This document shows, one piece after another, positions 50,951 to 62,054 of a stretch of DNA of 64,000 nucleotides. Origin of the DNA: Hypanus sabinus (Eukaryota). Every line of letters begins with the position of its first letter. Position 1 is the stretch's first letter. The stretch covers positions 112,530,001-112,594,000 of the forward strand of contig NC_082715.1 in assembly GCF_030144855.1 (NCBI RefSeq), written 5' to 3'. Under the pieces are notes generated by a model. The model saw only the letters and a program-made list of their open reading frames with translations, did no database searches and was not told the origin of the DNA. A program made the translations under genes and the position numbers.

Positions 50951-52016
50951 TACTGGGGCTGGTCTTCCCATGGCTGCCAGACTAGTTACCTCACTACTGT
51001 CATCATGTCTTAAGCCACTAGAGGTCTCTGGTGAGTCACTATCGCTGCAGTTCCTTGGAGTTCCCTAGCTGTTACTGTTTCTGGGGTCTAGTCAGTGGCT
51101 GCCTTTCAACATGATTGAAATCACAGTTAACACCACTCACTGGGTTGGCAGAACTGCCTACCAAAGGTCTCCCCAATGCCACGCAGATTTGCCTCATTTC
51201 ACTTTGCAACTCTGGATAGAGCTTTTGAGTGTGGACATAATTTGTATGCTATATTTTAACATGCTCCATCAATGCAGAGATCTGTGTTTCTGCTGCTTTA
51301 TCATCTTTTTCATACTGTTCTTTTAGCATGTTATGCATTTTTTCCTAAACCAGCGCATTCGTGCTTCGAAGTATCTACATCTGTAACTCAATAAACTTGT
51401 ACCTTTGAAGCTCTGTTAGAGTCACCAATGTCCATGTTGTCTTTTTAGTTCCCGACCACAGCTTATTGATTTTACAACTAATCACTCCAACGTTATTTAT
51501 AAGCCAGTCCTCACTTGACTTAGGATCGGTAGCACATTACTTCTGTATCTTTTTATCATTGTATCAAGTTTAAATGCATCACTTAAATAAGTGCTTAAGA
51601 TTTTAGTTAACTTTTCTCTCTTGGCTTTGGTTATTGTATTAGTTTTGATCTTAAGGAGTACTCTTAACCTTAAGACACCAGAAATCTCATGAAACTCACA
51701 ACCCTGTTGTTAGTATAATATCAGGTTACAACCAAACAAAGGTCCATCCAGTATCTTAAAACTCTTGTCAGCCTCTTGTCCTACAAGTCACACAAATCCA
51801 TTGTGACAATAATATCAGACCTGGGTTTCCAATAATTTATACTGATCCTACGTGGGTTGTACAATTACGACTCCACTCACTCGTAAACTCCCTTTAAACG
51901 ATGTACTGAAGAAATTTATTCTCAGACAATTAAGGAATGGAGGAATGTCTTACCTTCCAGCTCCATGCTTAAAACTCCCTTCTTGTTAGTTTTTTTTCTT
52001 CAAGTTGGTGTCAAAT

Positions 52017-52570
52017 TAGTGGATCTTCCTTTATTTTCTGATCCTTGGGGGTTCTTCTGGGAGTCAAAAATTGTGAATGCAATTGGAAAAAATAAGAATT
52101 GAAAAATAAATGTTTCCAGCCAGATGCTGATTTGAACAGATGTTTTGATGACAGACTCTGCCATCTTCATCAGGGATGATGCCTGAGCATGTCTAGTCTG
52201 GTGGTATTTATACCCCCATCGTCTGTCCCTCCTGATTGGTTAGTCCTCATCCAATCAGGTTTCTGTTGACCTCCCTTGTTTACAGTCAAGTTCCAGTTCT
52301 TTCTTAGAGTGAAACCTTCATCTTTGTTAAAATTCTTTTCCTTAAGTTTTATTTCAGTGGCTTCCTTCACCAGGCAGTCCCAAAAGCCATTGGAGTGGCA
52401 CAGTCTGTTCGTACCTCTGAAGTCTGTCCTATGGCGAATGCAAATACAATGTTCTGCTACCACCAATTCGTCATATACGCCAGGAAAGCACTAGATCATT
52501 TTTTACATGGGTTTTAAAAAGTACACGTCTTATAAAAAGTATTATTAAAAATACACTGTGGTTTCCAATA
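52017..52570 (-). repeat. ERV 5' LTR, interrupted and partly deleted by a Penelope fragment
   Basis: tagtggatcttcctttattttctgat matches tgttggatctccgtttaatttctgat at 21/26 positions; right end aagtacac..cttataaaaagtattattaaa matches 47998-48030; PBS-like TGACACCAACTTG follows on minus. Confidence 0.75.
52110..52498 (-). mobile_element. Penelope-like element 3' fragment (GIY-YIG C-terminus, hammerhead relic)
   Basis: ORF 52170-52466 AEH...KEATEIK....NFNKDEG.L...W typical of PLE endonuclease ends; CTGATGA-hairpin-(A)AAAC at 52139-52173. Confidence 0.8.
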
Positions 52571-52907
52571 CAGGCAACAACCTGAATCTCCTCTGTATGC
52601 TGTTCAGCTTTATCATAGATTCTTAGAATCATACAGCAAGGAAAAGACCCTCTAACCCGACTTGTCCATGCAGACCAAGATGTTGAAATGAGCTCATCCT
52701 ATTTGTTATATTTGGTCTGTATCTCTCTATGCCTTTTCTGTCCATTTACCCATCCATATATATATTCTTTTATACTGCATTTGTTCCAGCTTTGATCACC
52801 TCATCCGAGAGCTCATTCTGTTTACTGGTCACTCTGCGTGGAAAAAGTTGTCCCTTCTCTCCTTAAGTCTGTTCCCTCTAGTTTTAGACTTCACTGACTT
52901 GGGAAAA

Positions 52908-53019
52908 TGCCTGTGACTATCTACCTTACCTATGCTCCTCATAATCTTATATAACTATATTAAGTGCCTGTGACTGTCTACCTTATCTATGCTCCTCATA
53001 ATCTTATATAACTATATTA
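52908..53019. repeat. 57-bp tandem duplication
   Basis: tgcctgtgact.tctacctta.ctatgctcctcataatcttatataactatatta starts at 52908 and 52965. Confidence 0.9.
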
Positions 53020-53029
53020 TAAAGTCTAT

Positions 53030-56000
53030 AAGAACATTAGACCATAAGACATAGGAGCAGAGTTAGGTCATTTGTCCTATCGCCCCTGCTCTGCCATTTC
53101 ATCATAGCTGACTCAATTTTCCTTTTAGCCCCAATCTTCTGCCTTCCCATGTCCCTTCATGCTCTGACCAATCAAGAATCTATCAACCTCTGCCTTAAAT
53201 ATATATGAAGACTTGGCCTCCACAGCTGCCAAAGAATTCTACAAATTCAGCAGTCTCTGGCTAAGGAAATTCCTCATCATCTTCGTTCTTAAAGGATGCC
53301 CCTCTATTCTGAGGCTGTGTCCTCTGATCTTAGATTCTCCCACTAGAGGAAACATCCTCTCCACTCTATCAAGGCCTTTCACCATTCTATAGATTTCAAT
53401 GAGGTCACCCCTTATTCTTCTGAATTCTAGTGAATACAGAACCAAAACAATCAAACACTCTTCATTTGATGAGTCATTTATCATGGAGTCATTTTCACGA
53501 ACCTCCTTGGAACCATCTCCAGTTTCAGGACATCCTTTCGAAGATAACGGGCTTCAAACTACTCACAATGCTCCAAATGAGGCCTCACCAGTGCTTTATA
53601 AAGTTTCAACATTACGTCCTTGCTTTTCTAGTCCTCTTGAAATGAATGCTAACATCTCGCCTTCCTTACCACAGACTCAACCCTCAAGTTAACCTTTAAG
53701 GAATCCTGCACAAGGACTCCAAATTCCTTTTGCACCTCAGTAGAAACATAGAAACATCGAAAACTTTCAGCACAATACAGGCTCTTCAACCCACAATGCT
53801 GTGCCGAACATGTACTTACTTTAGAAATTACCTTGGGTTACCCATAGCCCTCTATTTTTCTGAGCTCCATGTAGCTACCTAGGAGTCTCTTAAAAGACCC
53901 TATCATATCCCTGTCACTGGCAGCCCATTTCACACACTGACCACTCTCTGCGTAAAAAAACTCACCCCAACATCTCCTCTGTACCTACTTCCAAGCACCT
54001 TAAAACTGTGCCCTCTCGTGTTAGCCATTTAGCCCTAGGAAAAAGCCTCCAACTATCCACATGATCAATGCCTTTCATTATCTTATACACCTCTGTCAGG
54101 TCACCTCTCATCCTCCTCAGTGTTTTGTATTTTCCCTCCATTTAGAAAAGAGTCAACTCTTTCATTTCTTCTACCAAACTGCATGACTGTATGCTTCCTG
54201 ACACTGTATTCCATCTGCCATTTCTTTGCCCATTCTCCTAATCTGTCTATCTGTACCCCTCTACTTCCTCAAAACTAACTGCCCCTCCACCTATCATAAT
54301 ATTGTCTGCAAACTTTGCAACAAAGCTATTAATTCCATCATCCAAATCATTGACATATAATGTAAAAAGAATTGGTCCCAACACAGACCCTTGTGGAACA
54401 ATGCTAGTCACTGGTGGCCAGTCAGAAAAGGCTCCCTTTATTCCCACTCTTTTCCTCCTGCCAATCAGCCACTGCTTTATCCATACTAGAATCTTTCCTG
54501 TAGCTTGATAAGCAGCCTTGTGTGGCACCTTGTCAAAGGCCTTCTGAAAATCCAAATATATAACATCAACTGATTCTCCTTTGTCTATCCTCCTTGTTAT
54601 TTTTTTTCAAAGAATTTCAACAGTAAGTGTTCTTTTCCAGTCAGTTCTGGACAACTCCTCTCCAGTGATTCTTTTACTCCAGTGTAATACTGATACAACT
54701 GACTTAAACTTCTCTTCTGAAACTTCAGCATAAATTCGATCATATTATGATCACTTGCCTATAAGGGTTCTTTTACCTTAAGGTCTCTAACTAATTTTGG
54801 TTCATTGCATAACACCCAATCCAGAATAGCTTCCGATCTCCCTGCATATCGAAGATCACCCATGAAAATTGTAACATTGCCATTTTGGCATATATTTTTA
54901 ACCTCCCATTGTAATTTGTAGACCATATCCCATATCCTTACTTCTGTTTGGGGGGGGGGGGGGGTCTGTGTCTAACTCTCATCAGGGTCTTTTTACTCCT
55001 GAAGTTCCTTATCTCTACTCACAATAATTCTTCAACTTCCGCTCCAGTGTCACCTCTTTCCGATGATTTTATTTCATTTTTACTAAAGGAGCAACACCAT
55101 CCCCTCTGCCTTCCTGCCTATCTTTTTGATACAATGTGTATCCCTGGATATTAAACTCCCAGCTATAATCTTTCAGCCATGATTCAGTGATGCCTACAAC
55201 ATCATACATGCCAATCTGCAACTGTGCTGCAAATTCATATAGCTTATTCCATATACTGTGCGCGTTCAGATATAATACCCTATATGCACCCTTTTTGATT
55301 TTGTTGCACCATGTTCAACCTTTTGATTCTTAGCTTTGTCTAAGGGCTTACCAACATCTGCCTCCACAATCTCTCCACTGGCACTCTGGTTCCCATCCCC
55401 CTGCAACTCTTCTTTAAATTTCACTGTGCAGCATTAAAAAACCTTCCTGCCAGGATATTAGTCCCTCTCCAGTTCAGATGCAAATCGTCCCTTCTGCACA
55501 GGTCCCAACTTCCCTGAAAGAGAGCCCAATGATCCAAAAATCTGATGCTCTCCCTCCTACATCAACTCCCTAGCCACATATTAATATGTATAATCTCCCT
55601 AGTTCTGACCTCACTAGCATTTGGCACAGGCAGCAACACTGAGATCACAACTCTGGAGGTCCTGCCCTTAACTTGGCACCTAACTTATTAAACTCCCTAC
55701 ACAGAACCTTGTCACTCATCCTACATGTCATTGGTACCTATATGGACAATGACTGCTGGCTGTTCACTCTCACACTTAAGAATGCTGAGGATTCGATCCG
55801 AGATATCCCAGACCCTGACCCAGGAGGCAACATACTATCTGGGAATCTCGTTTTCACACACAAAAACTCCTGTCTGTTTCCCTAACGAACGATACCCCTA
55901 TCACTATAGTGTGCCTCTTCTTCCCCCTTCCCTTTTGAGTCACAGAGGCAGACTCAGTGCCAGAAAACCGGACCTCTGTGACTTTCCTCTGTTAAATCAT

Positions 56001-56330
56001 CACCTCTCAACAGTATCCAAGTTGAGGGGATGGCCACAGGGGTACCCTGCATTGGCTCCTTAGCCCCTTTCCCCTACCTGACTGTCACCCAATTTCTTGT
56101 GTCCTGCACATTGGGTGGGTGTAACTATCTCTCTTTGTCCCATCTATCACCCCCTCAGCCTCCCGAATGATCCGGAGTTCTTTCAGTTCCAACTCCAATT
56201 CCTAAACACAGTTTGTTAGAAGCTGCAGCTGGATGCCCTTCTTGCAGTTGTAATCATCAGGGACACTGAAGATCTCCCTGACTTCCCTTATCCCACAAGA
56301 GGAGCATTGCACTATCCTGCATGATATCTG
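53030..56330 (-). mobile_element. Long decayed CR1-type LINE (ORF1 relic to 3' tail)
   Basis: DFQKAFDKVPH, VPQGSVLGP.LF..Y.ND, FAD motifs; ORF1-like 5' portion; octamer-like tail at ~53030-53050. Confidence 0.85.
53742..54114 (-). mobile_element. Short CR1 3' end nested in another CR1, TSD CCTCAGT
   Basis: (TAGAAACA)n tail at left; CCTCAGT at 53735-53741 and 54115-54121. Confidence 0.78.
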
Positions 56331-56679
56331 TCCTGTCTTGAGCTCTTTCCCCTTTGCTTTCTCTAATCGAAGCTAAGAAGAGCTAAAACCGTAAGATCAC
56401 CACTCTCTCTAATCTGACAACGGCTGCTCTGACTCTGTACACTCAAATGACAGCCACTGTGACAGTGGCCATTGTACTTGTCCCTGCCTTCCTTTAATTT
56501 GCTCTTACTAATCAATCCCAAATGCCAATTGGCTGTTGTCAAAGCTCTATTATGCTGCTGCGACCTTATCTTTGGACAGGATTGAAGTCTCCTCCTATCT
56601 AAGCTTTCGATGTCCGGATTCGCACTGGACAAAGCACTATGAAGGTCACCACTCAATTTCTTATCCTTCAATGAAAAAA

Positions 56680-57790
56680 TCCCAGCTTATCTAGCCTCTC
56701 CTTGTAATGCCACTATAATATCTACATGAATCTTTTCTGCACTGTTTCTAGCTTAAGGACATCCTTCCTTCAGCTGGGCAACAAAGCTGCACACAGTAAA
56801 TGTGTGGCCTCACTAATGACTTGTAACATGATGCCCCAACTCTTGCAACTCAATGCTTGACTGATGAAGACTAGTACTTTACCATCTTTTCTATAGTGTA
56901 GTGACCGGAATTGCACGCAGTGCTCCAACTGAGGTCTTACCAGTGCTTCGTAAACTTGAAATGTAGCCTTCCTGCTTTTATATTCTTTGGCTTGACAGAT
57001 GGAGGCCAATCTCCTATAGTATGCTTTAACCATATTAAATAACTATGCTGCCATCTTCTAGGATCTTTGGATGTCCACCAAGGTTCCTCTGTGCCTAAGC
57101 ACTCTGTATGGCCCTTCCATTCAAGATGTATGCCCAGGCCTAATTCGTACTTCACCTCACATTTATCAATCATTTCTTAGCTCATTTCACCAACATATTG
57201 TTAACACCCTGTATCCTAAAGGTACCTTTCACACTCTCTCAGCCCTCTGCCCTTTTTTGATCTGTGAGCTTGCTGATCTTGCCTCCCACATCCACATTGT
57301 CATTCACATATAATAAACAGCAAGAGTTGCAGCACTGATCCAAATGGTACACTACAAGTTACAGGTATCCGATCACAAAAGCAAGCCATACTATTGCCTC
57401 TTGCCAAGCTCAATTTTGAAACCAACCTGCCCTGGATCCCATGGGCCCTGAGCTTTTGGACTACACGTTGAAGGCCTTACTGAAGTCCACTTAAACCACA
57501 TCTGCTGCACTGCTTTTGTTAGTACATTTTGTTGTTTCTTTGAAAAATTTTGTTCAGATCAGGTCAGACAGGATTTGTCTTGCCAAAGCCGTGTTGGTTC
57601 TCTTTGATTAGTCTTTCATTAACTCTTCTTGCAGAATTTTTATAAAGTAGTTTCAATACCACTCATAGGCCTTTAATTGCCAGGCTTTTCCCTGCTGCCC
57701 TTCTTGAAAGGTGGAGCCATATTTGCCATCCCCCAGACATCTGCTATCTCACATGCAATCACTGAAGGTTTAAAATTTTCAGATAAAACT
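56680..57790 (-). mobile_element. Decayed CR1-type LINE fragments
   Basis: LVRPQLEHCVQF and W.MAN..P.FKKG..EKPGN relics. Confidence 0.7.
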
Positions 57791-59237
57791 CCAGCAAGCA
57801 ATCTAACCCAGCAGAATATTACATGCAGCTTCAGTGGAATAAACTGATTCTCCTCTGTCTGCAAAAATTGCTGGGCACTTAAAGAAGTTTACCTTTCAAC
57901 ATCTCAGGGTTGTATGATCAATCAGTAATGGATCTGCCTCACTCTGATACTGTTCAAATTGAGTCAGGAGTGTTTGAATGCCTAAATACAGCCCATGTAA
58001 ATATCTAATGCAGCAGTTTTGTTGCGGAATCCTTGTTGGGAGCTTGCTAGCAGGCAGGAATTGAGAGTTTTCCCAATGATGGAATTTCTCAAAGTACTCC
58101 TACGAATCAAAAAAGTTGCAGATGTTGAAATTTAGAAATAAAAACAGAAAATTCTAGAAACACTCAGTAATCAGGCTTCATTTGAGAAAGAGAAACAGTT
58201 AATGTAGCATTTAGTTTGAAGACATTCAGTTAGAACTGGAAAAGAGGTAAATATTTGTTCTGAGTTTGTCCATTTCAAGCATTAGGCTGTCATAGAACTT
58301 GACACCCTCACAGTGGATGCTGCTTTACCTTGTGTGCATTTCCATCATATCCTTGCTAACCTTTTTGCCTATCCAGATTATCCTATTTGCTTGCATTTGC
58401 TCCATATCCTTCTAGGCCTTGCTGACTTAGGTGTTTGTCTAAATGTCATTTAACGCATCGATTGTATCTGATTCCACCTTCTCCTCTGGCACCATTCTAG
58501 AAATCATCCACTCTCTCTGGGGGAAAAAAAATAACACAATACTTTCACCTCAAATCTGTTTTAAGGTGTTTCCCTCTCATCTTAAGCCCATTTCTTGTTG
58601 TTTTTTTGTACCCCTGCCATGGGAAGAAGACCCTAAGTATGCCTCTTTTAATTTTATGTACCATCAGGGAAAACAAGCCTGCTGTATATAATTGCCAAAA
58701 CTAAAGTCATCCAATCCGGGTAACTTCCTGGTTTATTTCTGCCCAGCTCAACCGTATTGTTCCTGTAATGTGATCAGAACTCTTAAGTGTGCCCGAACCA
58801 CAAATGGAACATTCCAATCAGAAAAGTATCTTTCCATTACATTCAATTTTGGATCCAGTTTAGTCATCTGACCTTGGATCTCATGTGCTTTATTCTTTTT
58901 GGATGGACTTGAAAACTTGTCAAGTGCCTTGCAAAAATCCATGTACCCATACAGACGATGTCTACCTCCCTGCCTTCTTCAATGTTCTCAATTACCGACT
59001 CTTTAAAAAAAGAGAAACTCATTCGAATTAATAATTACCCTGTATGAAGGCAGGCTGACTATCCCTGATCAGTCGCTGTCTTTACCTTTCAGATTTTGCC
59101 ACTGATGTAAGGATTACTGGCCTGCAGTTATTTGGCTTATCCTTGCTGCTCTTCTTGAATAAAGGAACTATTTTAGCTATCTTCTAGTCTTCTGGTACCT
59201 CAACTGTGGCTAACAAAGAGAAATCTATCCTCAAAGG

Positions 59238-59340
59238 ATCTAGTGCTTTCCTGGCATATATGATAAACTCTTCTTGTGCTTCCAGCCAGTACAAATATCG
59301 ATTATAACTGATGTTTCAATGGCAAGCTCATCGGATGCTC
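59238..59340. mobile_element. Short Penelope terminal fragment related to 52110-52498
   Basis: gatctagtgctttcctggc is the reverse complement of 52480-52498; ttccagccag...gatgtttcaatggca parallels 52114-52152. Confidence 0.7.
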
Positions 59341-59719
59341 CACTAGCCACAGGCCTCCAGTCAGAGAGGCAACCGTCTACAACCGCTCTTTTGCTTCCCC
59401 CACAAAGCTAATACCTTATCCTATTTACTATTGAATGCCAAGCAACTGAACCTTCTTGACCAAGCCCCATGTGGGACCTTGTGAAAGGTCTTGCCAAATT
59501 ATCTCAAATAACGAGTAAAAGTACAGGAATGAGGTAGAGAATTATGGTGAATATGGTGTCACGACAACAGCTTCTCCCTCAATGTCAGAAAAACAAATGG
59601 ACTTCTGGAAAGGGGACAATAGACATGCCGCTATCTACATCAAAAGTGCTGAGATTGAGAGGATTGAGAGTTTCAAGTGGTTAGGAGTGAGGATCACCAA
59701 AATCTTGTCCTGGTCTGGC

Positions 59720-59908
59720 CCTTTTCCTTTTTTGTTATTTTGAAACTGTAAAAGATGGAAATAAAAAAAAGTAATCTTGCTTAAAATATTAAAGAAATGT
59801 GTCATCTTTAACTTTATGCCTTTTGGAAATCAGGTCATCTTTTACTGGCTTAGCTATTCACAGTAACAGAAATTTTGACCGGGGTGCCCAAACTTTTGCA
59901 TGCCACTG
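59720..59908. mobile_element. Single end of a Tc1-like transposon
   Basis: GGGGTGCCCAAACTTTTGCATGCCACTG|TA, a Tc1-type TIR with TA target; the other end is missing. Confidence 0.75.
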
Positions 59909-60627
59909 TATGTAATGAATTGATCTGTATTGGTGGTATGCAGAACAAGTTTTTCACAGTATGTTGATCGGTGACAATCATAAACTAATGTACTAAAAGG
60001 GTTTTTGCTGCTTTATGGTTGTGGTAACTGAGGTCAACATTTTTTTTAAAGTTCCAGATTTGTTCACTTATGTTAACATAAATTCCTCAGCTGTGGGGTG
60101 GTCAGCTCTGCAGACCAGTGGTCCAGACTTCAAGCTTTTACAGAACTATAACTAAAGTTGAGGACAGGGAGGGACAGAAACAGGCCGTGATCCACCATCA
60201 ACATGCTGACCACGTACTGCAACGTGGGATACCAAGCCATGGGCTAGTCCTGGTGACTGGCTTCACTCCAAGGTCAAGAGGACCTATTGAGGAATGCCTG
60301 TAAATGTTCTAGGACCTAGGTAAGGGAGCCAGGGGTGGAAGCCACTCTGTAATGCCATCCTCACCTCCTTCACATGCAAGTGAGACTGCTACAGAGCTTG
60401 CATACAGGAGGATTAGAGAGTGCTCTATCCCATGTGGAACCTATTGCAAGCAAAAAAAAAATCTTAAGTTTTGTTTGTGTAACTATGATGGTGCAGATTA
60501 TGCTCTGTGAAATGTAATATGAAAATCAACTTTAATATTATACATGAAGTGGAAGTTTCACACTGGCTGTTTTCCTGATCAGTCAGAAATATGTTAAATT
60601 TCTTGATATGAAATCTTTCTGTCGCAG

Positions 60628-60714
60628 GTGGGGAGTCAGTTTGGATATTTTCCCAGCAACTTGATTGAAGTAAATCTAGTGTACTCGACTACTGAGGTGG
60701 AGTTGCCAGCTGAG
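60628..60714 (+). CDS. MIA3: MIA3 exon 3 (VGSQFGYFPSNLIEVNLVYSTTEVELPAE)
   Basis: FGYFP motif; gcag| and |gtaagt; 87 nt; not in the ORF track. Confidence 0.93.
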
Positions 60715-62054
60715 GTAAGTGTGAGTTTTTGGTCTAAGTGTGTGCATATGTGACAGTGTCAAAGAGCAGACTCTACTTAAGGATGCTTTCTAACCCCATC
60801 TGAAGCATAAACAAAGACCTGCAAGATGCCAGGAGAGCTTCCCTTAGGTAATTACTCATCTCTTCTGCATTAGCAAATTACTTTTCATTATTTTTGTTGC
60901 ATTTTACAATGTAGATTACACACTGATATAGATGTTCCTTTACTTTGCTGCCTGTGTGAATTTTCTGAGTTAATATTGAACGGTGGTAGGCAGAGTGGTG
61001 TCTGGTGGAGAAAGGGGAAACAGAAGATATAGGATCAGGCCATTCGGCCCCTCTGAGCACATGCACTCACTGTTCAACAACGACTGATCGACCTGTGTCA
61101 TTTTCCCTCACCTATATCCTTTGGTTCTACAATATACAGAATTTCATTGAACTTTGTTGTGAATGAACTCAGGACTGAGTCTACACAGCCCCATGGCACA
61201 GAGAATTTCAAAGATTTATCCACCTCCAGTTAAAGAAATCTCTCCTACTACTCTCAGTTTTCAATGCCCAGGGCCTTGACCTGAGTCTATAATGCTTGTT
61301 TTAAACATGGCTAATAATTTTTTTCATCCAGCCCACATTTCATTCATTTAAATGACTAGAACCCTCTCTCCCTTTAACTTTCTAATGGCATATTGAAAAA
61401 TTCTGACCTTTAATGGATTACAAATTGGCAAATTACAATGCCACTTCACTTTAACTGATTGAAAGTGATATATCGGTAGACTCACATGGGGGGGTGGGAC
61501 AAAAGGCATTTTTGTTTTGGGAAAGATTCCCCCTCAGGATGCTGAACCTGAGGAGGGTTATGGTGCCTTTTCCCTAGTCAGCCCTGTCCAATTTGGGGCA
61601 AAACAGCATCAGTTCTTCTTCATTCCATCCTTTGTCCTGTTTGTTTACTGACAGTTGAGCTGCCTCCTCCACTCTTCCCTCAGCTTCATATTCTCTCTTG
61701 GACAACATGAAACACCCAGACCCTCCACCTTTCTCCTCCGAGCAGGACCTCCTGCAAGGGGTGGCATTTGCAAGGGTGATCCTTGAGGAAGTGGTTTACT
61801 AATATTTCAGGGGGCCCTTGGTTGGAGGCAGCTCCTTGTATTTGCAAAGATATTCTGTGTCACATGGTTTGGTGAGGTGGTATTCGTAGTGAGATCTCTG
61901 GGTTGGAGGATATGCCAGTGTTTGTAGACACTCCCCCAGTAGTGGGTAAAGTTGCCACTTGCTGGGGAGTCTGCAGACAGGTGTTTGGGGTTACAGTGTC
62001 AGGTTTGATAAGCTAATGGCTTGACTTTAATCTTTACCTCTTGCACATTTGCAG

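Larger units (their letters stand above)
47610..52570 (-). mobile_element. Decayed class I (gamma/epsilon-like) endogenous retrovirus in MIA3 intron 2
   Basis: RNase H (LYIDGSS, SAKEAELKAL, AFGVVH...G.PIKN) ~49380-49760; integrase (H..H.G, LQVD, IDSDQ.THF, GPY-like module VLLIT..AVKV...WIH) ~48230-49200; gag-like remnant ~50100-50700; PPT A9G6 at ~48051-48068; termini TGTTGG...CCAATA; TSD CAGC/CAGG. Confidence 0.88.

Noticed and set aside
61528-61556. Small hairpin CCTCAGG-N8-CCTGAGG in MIA3 intron 3
   Set aside because: A 7-bp stem is expected by chance in 64 kb; no supporting context
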